Assembly (NCBI GenBank): GCA_049276695.1
Contig: JBASWX010000179.1
Location: 1-62,637, forward strand
DNA from: Planctomycetota bacterium
GTDB taxonomy: Bacteria > Planctomycetota > UBA1135 > UBA2386
Reading direction: 5' to 3'
DNA: 62,637 bases
This document shows, in pieces, positions 18,926-27,515 of the stretch (its first letter is position 1; every line of letters begins with the position of its first letter). The notes below the pieces were generated by a model. It saw only the letters and a list, made by a program, of their open reading frames with translations. It made no database searches and was not told the DNA's origin. Both the position numbers and the translations under genes were made by a program.

Positions 18926-19759
18926 TCAGCGGTCCGGCCGGCCGGCCTTGTCCCCCACCTTCTCTTCGATCGCCGCAATGCGGCGCACCAGTTCGCCCTG
19001 TTGCTTCGCGAGCGCTTCGACGCGAACGTCGGCTTCGGTGCGCAGTTCCGGCGGCTGCGGCACGTCGGCGGCGCGCAGGACCAGCAGCGCGTTGGCGACG
19101 AGATCTTGTGGCCCGCTCAACAGCAGCGACGCCGAGTTGCCGGCGCTGCCGAGGTTGAGGGTCTGGTTCGTCGAACCGGGATTGCCGGAGGTCGACATGA
19201 AGAACGGCCGCAGCGCATTGGATGCGTACTGGGCATTCGTGTGCTTCATCGTGTAGACGACGGTGACGAACTGCCGCAGCGTCGGCCGCGCCAGCACCTG
19301 CTCCGGCGTGCGTTGCACGGCGCGCAGCGGGATCTCCCGCGCCCGCTGGCCGTTCAGCGACAGCACCTCGTAGACCGCCTTCGGCTCGTCGAGCGGCACC
19401 AGTACGAGGCCGCGCGCCCACAGCAGGCTCGACAGCAGTTCTTCGCAACCGTCGCGGTCGGTGACGACCGGCAGTTGCAGTTCGACCACCGGCGTCGGCG
19501 TCTCGACCGCGACACCCTGCTGCGGGCGCGGCTGCTTGCGGGCGTAGGCGCCCGTCAACTCGATGTCGTCGGCGAGGATGTTGCGCTGCAGGTAGGTGCC
19601 GCAACGCTGCAGCAGCGTGCGCAACTCGACGGTGCCGGCCTCGAACACGAACGGAGCCTTCACGGCAGCCGCCTTGTCGCCGGGGCGCGACGGATCGGCC
19701 TGACCGATCGCGACGGCAGCAAGGGCCAGGGTGACGCACAGAGTCGGGAATCGTCTCAT
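18926..19759 (-). CDS. Secreted protein with secretin N-domain-like (GspD N0/N1-like) region and C-terminal coiled coil; no secretin barrel
   Basis: The internal ATG (19757-19759) is preceded by GGAGG. It gives 277 aa starting MRRFPTLCVTLALAAVAIGQ (signal peptide). 'FEAGTVELRTLLQRCGTYLQRNILADD' and 'VTVVYTMKHTNAQYASNALRPFF...SASLLLSGPQDLVANALLVLRAADV' resemble the periplasmic N-domains of T2SS/T4P secretins. The protein ends with 'VEALAKQQGELVRRIAAIEEKV'. Confidence 0.55.
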   Translation of the reverse strand: MRRFPTLCVTLALAAVAIGQADPSRPGDKAAAVKAPFVFEAGTVELRTLLQRCGTYLQRNILADDIELTGAYARKQPRPQQGVAVETPTPVVELQLPVVTDRDGCEELLSSLLWARGLVLVPLDEPKAVYEVLSLNGQRAREIPLRAVQRTPEQVLARPTLRQFVTVVYTMKHTNAQYASNALRPFFMSTSGNPGSTNQTLNLGSAGNSASLLLSGPQDLVANALLVLRAADVPQPPELRTEADVRVEALAKQQGELVRRIAAIEEKVGDKAGRPDR

Positions 19760-19889
19760 CGGAGCCTCCGAGATGGAGATGGGACGGTCGAGACGCGGCT
19801 GGCTTCCAGCGCAACAGGCACAAGTCGACCTGGAAACCGCAGCGCCGTCGCTTCTTGACAGCCGAATGCACGCGCACAAGCTGCTCGAC

Positions 19890-20174
19890 ATGGCCAAGAC
19901 CATCCAGATCCGGAACGTGCCGGAGGCGGTCCACAAGCGATTGCGTCAACGTGCCACGGACGCCGGCATGTCGTTGTCGACGCACGTGCTCGTCGAAATA
20001 ACACGCCTGGCAGCGCTGCCAACGCGCAAGGAGTGGCTCGCGCGGTTGCACGCCGCGACGCCGGTCGAGCTGAGCACTTCGGCAGCTGAGCTGGTTCGGC
20101 GCGAGCGCGGCCCGACGCGATCAAAACGCGAACGGCCCGGCGACGCAGTGCGCCAGCGGGCCGTTCGTCGGTGA
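19890..20174 (+). CDS. Ribbon-helix-helix antitoxin (FitA/VapB-like), apparently orphan
   Basis: The internal ATG at 19890 gives MAKTIQIRNVPEAVHKRLRQRATDAGMSLSTHVLVEITRLAALPTRKEWLARLHAATPVELSTSAAELVRRERG..., the typical 'IRNVPxxxHxxLkxrAaxxGxSlsxyl' antitoxin layout. No PIN toxin follows. The ORF tail runs through the groEL terminator hairpin up to 13 nt from the groEL stop. Confidence 0.6.
   Translation: MAKTIQIRNVPEAVHKRLRQRATDAGMSLSTHVLVEITRLAALPTRKEWLARLHAATPVELSTSAAELVRRERGPTRSKRERPGDAVRQRAVRR
20129..20167 (-). terminator. Intrinsic terminator of the groES-groEL operon
   Basis: Perfect 11-bp inverted repeat CGAACGGCCCG / CGGGCCGTTCG (20129-20139 / 20157-20167) about 20 nt downstream of the groEL stop. 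On the minus strand it is followed immediately by CGTTTTGATCG (U-tract). Confidence 0.7.
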
Positions 20175-20187
20175 AGCGAAGCCTGGA

Positions 20188-21855
<1,668 letters not shown>

Positions 21856-21900
21856 GGGAATGCTCTCGGTGTGGGGTGTCGGGGTGGGATGGCGGCGCGC

Positions 21901-22209
21901 TCAGTTCTCGATCACCGCGAGGATCTCGTCCTCGCCGAGGATCAGCAGCTCTTCGCCGTCGAGCTTGATCTCGTTGCCGGCGTAGGAGGAGAAGAGCACG
22001 CGGTCCTTCTCCTTGACCGACATCGCCTGGCGGGCGCCGGTGTCGAGCACCTTGCCCTTGCCAACCGCGACGACGATGCCTTCGCGCGGCTTCTCCTTGG
22101 CGGTGTCGGGCAGGATGATCCCGCCCTTGGTCTTCTCGTCGGCGGCGACGCGCTTGACGAGCACGCGGTCGCCGAGGGGGGTGACGGTCATGGTCTTGGT
22201 CTTCGACAT
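21901..22209 (-). CDS. groS: Co-chaperonin GroES (Cpn10)
   Basis: The internal ATG (22207-22209) gives 102 aa: [53 protein letters not shown]...ILAVIEN. It lies 45 nt upstream of groEL. Confidence 0.95.
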   Translation of the reverse strand: MSKTKTMTVTPLGDRVLVKRVAADEKTKGGIILPDTAKEKPREGIVVAVGKGKVLDTGARQAMSVKEKDRVLFSSYAGNEIKLDGEELLILGEDEILAVIEN

Positions 22210-22273
22210 GTGCAGTTCCTGGGAAGAGTGAAGCAGTGGGAGACGGGAGGCGGCGGACAGGGGTGGCGAGTGC

Positions 22274-22738
22274 CTATCGCCCCGGTCGCGCCGGCGGGGA
22301 AGGTGGGCCAGAGGGAGGGGGACCGGAGAGACGACCGGGTCGTGCCGCACGGTCGACGAGCGGGCCGCCGAAATGGGTCTGGATCAGCAGTTCGATCGCG
22401 TGGCGGAGCCGCGCCAGATCGAGGGGCTTGCGCAGGAAGGCGAAGAAGCCCGCATGCTGGGCAGCGGCGGCCTCTTCCGGAGTCGCCAGGCCCGACATCA
22501 GGATCGCCGGCAGCGGGCGACGGGCGCCCAGCTGCTGGAACAGCTCGAGCCCGGTCATGCCCGGGAGATGGAAGTCGAGCAGCGAGAAGTCGAACCGCCG
22601 CTGGCTGACCATGCGCAGGGCCTCGCGCGCGAGGCCAGTGGCCCCGACTTCCCAGCCCTGGCTGGCGAGGAACTCGCCGAGGCAGGACCTCAGCGGGTCA
22701 TCGTCTTCGACCAGCAGCACGCGGAAACTCTGGACCAT
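22274..22738 (-). CDS. Single-domain response regulator (CheY-like receiver)
   Basis: 154 aa: [31 protein letters not shown]...[22 protein letters not shown]...ILMSG...FLRKP. The acidic pocket, phospho-acceptor Asp context and conserved Lys are present. A Pro-rich tail follows and there is no output domain. It ends 64 nt upstream of groES on the same strand. Confidence 0.85.
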   Translation of the reverse strand: MVQSFRVLLVEDDDPLRSCLGEFLASQGWEVGATGLAREALRMVSQRRFDFSLLDFHLPGMTGLELFQQLGARRPLPAILMSGLATPEEAAAAQHAGFFAFLRKPLDLARLRHAIELLIQTHFGGPLVDRAARPGRLSGPPPSGPPSPPARPGR

Positions 22739-22970
22739 TCAGGCAACGAATCCGGACAACCGTCCGGCGGGCGCCGCGCCAAGCAACCGTTGTGCCGCCG
22801 ATACTTGCTGCGGCAAGCCGTTTCCGAAGCCAAGGATGCGTCGCTGGCAGCCAACGGGAAACAGGCTGTCGCGGCCAGAATGGCAGAGGAGCGTTCCACG
22901 GTGTCTGCCAACCTGACCTGTCGTCGCACGGGCATAGGACGCCACCGCCCGGCCGAACCAAGCCGAACAG

Positions 22971-23330
22971 CTAGTCGTCGGCCTTCTCTTCCTCGTCTTC
23001 GTCCTCGTCCTCGTCCTCGTCTTCGTCCTTGTCCTCGCCTTCCTTCTCGTCGTCGCCTTCCTCTTCTTCGTCGTCGATCTCGTCGAACTCTTCGGCGGCC
23101 TCTTCCCCGGCTTCTTCGCCGGCTTCCGCTTCGTCATCGTCCCAATCGTCGTCCTCGTCGCCGCCTTCGCCTTCCTCGTCCTCGTAGGATGCGAGAACGC
23201 GGTCCCAGTCGGGAACCTCGATGGTGTTGTTGCAAACCAGACAGACGCTGTCGTTGTCGCGCAGGTCCTCGAGTTCGTCGAGCTCGCGGTAGACCTTGCC
23301 GCATTCGCGGCACCGGACGATTTTGCCCAT
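22971..23330 (-). CDS. Small zinc-ribbon protein with an extreme poly-acidic C-terminal tail
   Basis: The internal ATG (23328-23330) gives 119 aa: MGKIVRCRECGKVYRELDELEDLRDNDSVCLVCNNTIEVPDWDRVL (CxxC...CxxC), followed by about 65 residues that are almost entirely D/E (…DEDEDEDEDEDEEEKADD). The DNA shows the corresponding GAC/GAG/GAA-rich low-complexity tract at 22975-23170. Confidence 0.7.
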   Translation of the reverse strand: MGKIVRCRECGKVYRELDELEDLRDNDSVCLVCNNTIEVPDWDRVLASYEDEEGEGGDEDDDWDDDEAEAGEEAGEEAAEEFDEIDDEEEEGDDEKEGEDKDEDEDEDEDEDEEEKADD

Positions 23331-23630
23331 GGCTTCGGGGTTCGGAGGGGACGCCGCCGATGCATACCGGCTCACCGGTGCAAGGCAATGCCCGGCCGCG
23401 GGATTCTTCGGTGGCACTCGTGGTCGCGCGCAAGGCTGGCGGGCACCGGGCGCGGCACGGCTTTCTGCGCCACCGTGGCGCCCGCCTTTCCGGGCCCTCA
23501 GGAGGTTCCCTGACGGCAGCGGAGGGTCGGGTCAGCTGCGACCTGTTCTGGCTGGTCGCAAGGCCTCGATGCCATCGCAAGAGGCACCGCGAGGCGCGGT
23601 CGACCGGGGGCTGGGTTCGATAGGAAACGG

Positions 23631-25334
23631 ATGCCGGGTCCCGTGGTCTTCGCGTTCGCCGTCGCCGACGGGCTCGTGCCAGTTCCTGGCGCGGCGCCGT
23701 ACGACGTGCTGGCGCGACAGCTGCCACGACTGCTGGTCGCGCACCTGAACGGCAAGGGCGACCGCGGCGCGCGCTTCTTCCCGTTCCTCGGTCCACTCGA
23801 CGGCAAGCGGACCTTCCTCCGACCTGGCGCGTTGTTCGAGCCGGCGGTGCTGGCGCAACTGCACAAGCAGGGAGCGGTACCGCTGCTGGTCGACGGCATC
23901 CTGCGCGGAGGCCTGCTGCACTGGCGGTGCATCGACGGGGAGACGCTGACGGTGCGGTCGGCGGTCGATCTGCCGTTCGATCCGCGCCGGCCGCTCGACG
24001 TGATGGCCCGGCTCGAGTTCGAGTTGACCGACCACCTCGGTTGGGGCGGCAGGCCGTGGCCACCGGCGAGCCTCACGGGCGAAGCGCTCGCCTGGTTGTT
24101 GGTGCTGAAGGACGAACTGCTGCGCCGCGAGGCCAACCTGCCCGACCAGACGCCCGATCCGTTGCGCGCCGCGCGCCGGTGCGTCGACCTGGCCGCGGCG
24201 GATCCGGACGTGCACGAGACCGTCGGCGACTTCACGGCAATGCTGCTGCGTCGCCGCGAACACCGCGCCGACTGCGCCGCCGTCCTGACGCGCCTCGCCG
24301 CGGCCACCACCGACGACGTGGCGCGCCTCGAACGGCTCGACGCACTGCTGCTGGCCGCCGGGGACGAGGCGAATGCGGCGACGGTCGCGTGCCGCGCTGC
24401 GCGACTGCGGCCCGAACGCGCCGACCTGGTCGAACGGGCGGCGGCGCAAGCGTTCCGGCTCGGCCGCTACGACGACGTGCGCATGGTCGTCGAACCGGCG
24501 CGCGCGCGGGGCGTGGCGAGCCCGGGCGCGATCGCGCAGTTGATGGCGGTGTGCGATCGCACCGACGACCACACGATGCGTTCGGCACTGGTCAAGGAAC
24601 TCGTCGGGTTGCACGACCTGCCGGTGCCGGTGGCACGGCTCGTCGTGCTGTTCCTGCTCGAGGAGGAACAGCCGGCGCTGGCGCGGGTGCTGCTCGAGCG
24701 CGCGCTGTCGAAGGAGCCGGGCCACGCGATGCTGCACTTCGAGCACGGCCGCGCCTGCCTGATGCTCGGCGACGGACCACACGCCGCGGCGTCGTTGCAG
24801 CGCGCGTTGCAGCTCGGGCTGCAACCGGTGGTCGCCGGCCAGGCCCGCCGCTTCGCGCGCCTGGCCGCGGTCCCGGGACTATGGCTCGGCGCACAGCGGG
24901 TCGAGAAAGCGATCGCCGCCGCCGACCTGGCGCAGGCGCTGGGCGGGGCGCGCGAGCTGCTGCGCAACGTCGGCCCGGTCGCCGAGGCGTGGTTGCTGCT
25001 CGGCATCGTCTACCACAAGCTCGGTCGGTTGCGGCGGGCAGAGCGGGTGTTGCGCCGTTCGCTGCGCGCCGACCGCGAATCGCCGGAAGCGCACAACCGG
25101 CTCGGCATCCTGCTGGTCGCCACCGGTCGCGTGCCCGAGGGCCACGACCTGTTGCAGCGCGCGCACCAGCTGGCGCCCGCCGATCCGTCGCCGCTGCTGC
25201 ACCTCGCGCAAGCCTGCGCGATGCTCGGCCGCATGCCCGACGCCGAAGCCCACGTCGCCGCTGCCGAACGCGCCGGCGCCGATCCGCAGCTGGTGCAGGC
25301 AGTGCGCGCCGAGATCCTCGCCGGCCGCAGCTGA
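23631..25334 (+). CDS. TPR-repeat protein
   Basis: 567 aa with an ATG preceded by AGGAAA. The C-terminal half has clear TPR-like repeats ('EAWLLLGIVYHKLGRLRRAERVLRRSLRADRESPEAHNRLGILLVATGRVPEGHDLLQRAHQLAPADP'). It ends 18 nt before the kinase gene. Confidence 0.75.
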   Translation: MPGPVVFAFAVADGLVPVPGAAPYDVLARQLPRLLVAHLNGKGDRGARFFPFLGPLDGKRTFLRPGALFEPAVLAQLHKQGAVPLLVDGILRGGLLHWRCIDGETLTVRSAVDLPFDPRRPLDVMARLEFELTDHLGWGGRPWPPASLTGEALAWLLVLKDELLRREANLPDQTPDPLRAARRCVDLAAADPDVHETVGDFTAMLLRRREHRADCAAVLTRLAAATTDDVARLERLDALLLAAGDEANAATVACRAARLRPERADLVERAAAQAFRLGRYDDVRMVVEPARARGVASPGAIAQLMAVCDRTDDHTMRSALVKELVGLHDLPVPVARLVVLFLLEEEQPALARVLLERALSKEPGHAMLHFEHGRACLMLGDGPHAAASLQRALQLGLQPVVAGQARRFARLAAVPGLWLGAQRVEKAIAAADLAQALGGARELLRNVGPVAEAWLLLGIVYHKLGRLRRAERVLRRSLRADRESPEAHNRLGILLVATGRVPEGHDLLQRAHQLAPADPSPLLHLAQACAMLGRMPDAEAHVAAAERAGADPQLVQAVRAEILAGRS

Positions 25335-25352
25335 TCCAGGCTGGAGCGTCGA

Positions 25353-27488
25353 ATGGTCCGAACGGGCCGGTCCGGCCCATCTGCGCTTGCAGTCCGCCGC
25401 GCCACCAGGGAACGTGCCGGCCTCGCCTCCGCCATGAGCTCCGCCGATCCCCGCGACGCGTCGAGTCTCGCACGCCACCTGGATGGTCTGTTCGCCTTGT
25501 TGTCGCCGGCGATCGGCGAGGACTTCTATCGCAGCCTCGTGGTCCACCTGACCGAAGCGTGCGGCGTCGACTATGCCATGGTCGGCAGGCTGGTGGGCGA
25601 GCGGCGCGAGCGCATCGCGACGCTCGCCGTGTCCCATCGCGGCGAGGTGGTACAGAACTGCGAGTACGAGCTGCGTGGAACGCCCTGCGAGGACATCGTC
25701 GGCAAGCGCCTGTGCTCCTTCGGCGCCGGCGTTGCCGCCCGCTTTCCAGCCGATCCACAACTGGTCACCATGGGCATCGAGAGCTACATGGGCGCGCCGC
25801 TGTTCGCCCGCGACGGTTCGCCGCTGGGCCTGCTCGCCCTGCTGCACACCCGCACGATGCAGGACCCATCACGGCTGGAGGCGATCCTGCGGCTGGTCGC
25901 CGACCGCACCGCGGCCGAACTGGAACGCGAACTGGCGGTGCGCTCGCTGCGCGACAGCGAGGCGCGCCTGGCGGCGGTCGTCGACGGCTCACCGGGCGTC
26001 GCGATCCAGTGGTACGATCGCACTGGCCGCGTGCTGCGGTGGAATCACGGCTCCGAGACCATGTTCGGCTTCACCGCGGCCGAGGCGATCGGCCACCGGT
26101 TGGACGAACTGATCCACACGCCGGAAGAACTGGCGGGGTTCCTGCAGGCCCTGGCCGACATCGAACGCACCGGTCAGGTGATCGGTCCCGCCGAGTACAC
26201 GTTCCGCCGCCGCGGCGGCGCGCAGGGCGTCTGCTGGTCGACCATCTTCCCGATCCCGGGCGAGGAAGGCGCCGCCTGGTTCGTGTGCATGGACATCGAC
26301 GTCACGAAGCAGAAGGCGGCCGAGGCGGAGCGCGCGCGGCTGACCGACCAGGTGCGGCAGGCGCAGAAGATGGAGAGCCTCGGCGTGCTGGCCGGCGGCG
26401 TGGCCCACGACTTCAACAACCTGCTGACCTCGGTCCTCGGCAACGCCAGCCTGCTGCGGTCCGAGCTGGCCACCGGTTCGAAGTCGCACCAGCTGGTCGC
26501 GGAGATCGAAGGCGCGGCGTGCCGCGCCGCGGACCTGACGCGGCAGATGCTCGCCTACGCCGGCCGCGGCAGCATCGTGGTCGAACCGTTCTGCCTGGCG
26601 GCGATCGTCGGCGAGATGGCGCAGCTGACCCGCGCCGTGGTCTCGCGCCGGGTCGAACTGCGGCTCGATCTGCAGCCGGCGGTGGTCAAGGGCGACCCGA
26701 CACAGGTGCGGCAGGTGGTGATGAACCTGATCACCAACGCCTGGGAGGCGCTGGCCGGGCGCGCCGGGAATGTCGCAGTCCGCACCGGCCGCCGGGTCAT
26801 GAGCGGCGACGAGCTGCACTCGCCGGCGATGCAGGTCACCTTGCCGCCGGGCGAGTACGCGTTCGTCGAGGTCGCAGACGACGGCGCCGGCATGCCGGCG
26901 GAGACGCTGGCGCGCATCTTCGAACCGTTCTTCTCGACCAAATGGAAGGGGCGCGGCCTGGGCCTCGCGGCGGTGCTCGGCATCGTGCGCGACCATGGCG
27001 GCGTGATCCGCGTGCACACCGCCCCCGGACAGGGCACGACGATGACCGTGGTGTTGCCGCTCACCGACGAACCGGTGGCGATGCACCGTCCCGCCACCGA
27101 CCCGACGTTGCGTGGCGGCGGCCGGGTGCTGGTGATCGACGACGAGACGGACGTGCGCCGGGTGACGCGGCGGCTGCTCGAACAGGCGGGTTACCTGGTG
27201 AGCGAAGCTGCCAGCGGTCCGGAAGGCATCGCCATCGTGCGCGCCGATCCGGCGGCACTCGACGCGGTGCTGATCGACCTGACGATGCCGCGCATGGACG
27301 GTTGGGAAGTCGCCACGCAGCTGCACGCGATCGCGCCGGCACTGCCGCGCGTGCTGATGAGCGGCTTCGCCGATCCGCGGCCGGCGAACGCGCACCCGGC
27401 GGTGTCGGTCGCGTTCGTGCAGAAGCCGTTCCAGGCGCCGGACCTGGTCGGCGCACTGCGAGCCGCGATGGCGCTGTCGAAGCCCTGA
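25353..27488 (+). CDS. Hybrid sensor histidine kinase (GAF - PAS - HisKA - HATPase_c - receiver)
   Basis: 711 aa with an ATG preceded by GGAG. A GAF-like N-terminus ('...GIESYMGAPLFARDGSPLGLLALLH') is followed by a PAS segment ('EARLAAVVDGSPGVAIQWYDRTGRVLRWNHGSETMFGF'). The H-box is 'GGVAHDFNNLLTSVLG', the N/G boxes are 'NLITNAWEA' and 'DDGAGM...GRGLGLA', and the C-terminal receiver is 'RVLVIDDE...LIDLTMPRMDG...KP'. Confidence 0.9.
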   Translation: MVRTGRSGPSALAVRRATRERAGLASAMSSADPRDASSLARHLDGLFALLSPAIGEDFYRSLVVHLTEACGVDYAMVGRLVGERRERIATLAVSHRGEVVQNCEYELRGTPCEDIVGKRLCSFGAGVAARFPADPQLVTMGIESYMGAPLFARDGSPLGLLALLHTRTMQDPSRLEAILRLVADRTAAELERELAVRSLRDSEARLAAVVDGSPGVAIQWYDRTGRVLRWNHGSETMFGFTAAEAIGHRLDELIHTPEELAGFLQALADIERTGQVIGPAEYTFRRRGGAQGVCWSTIFPIPGEEGAAWFVCMDIDVTKQKAAEAERARLTDQVRQAQKMESLGVLAGGVAHDFNNLLTSVLGNASLLRSELATGSKSHQLVAEIEGAACRAADLTRQMLAYAGRGSIVVEPFCLAAIVGEMAQLTRAVVSRRVELRLDLQPAVVKGDPTQVRQVVMNLITNAWEALAGRAGNVAVRTGRRVMSGDELHSPAMQVTLPPGEYAFVEVADDGAGMPAETLARIFEPFFSTKWKGRGLGLAAVLGIVRDHGGVIRVHTAPGQGTTMTVVLPLTDEPVAMHRPATDPTLRGGGRVLVIDDETDVRRVTRRLLEQAGYLVSEAASGPEGIAIVRADPAALDAVLIDLTMPRMDGWEVATQLHAIAPALPRVLMSGFADPRPANAHPAVSVAFVQKPFQAPDLVGALRAAMALSKP

Positions 27489-27515
27489 CGACGGCGCCAG
27501 CGGCGCGGCCAGGAA

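Noticed and set aside
22210-22350. Possible CIRCE (HrcA operator) upstream of groES
   Set aside because: Only a 'GAGTGC' half-fragment is present (about 22269). There is no TTAGCACTC-N9-GAGTGCTAA inverted repeat, so it is not annotated as an operator.
22975-23170. GAC/GAG/GAA-rich low-complexity DNA tract as a stand-alone microsatellite
   Set aside because: It is fully explained as the coding sequence of the poly-Asp/Glu tail of the zinc-ribbon protein (minus strand). It is not a perfect tandem repeat.
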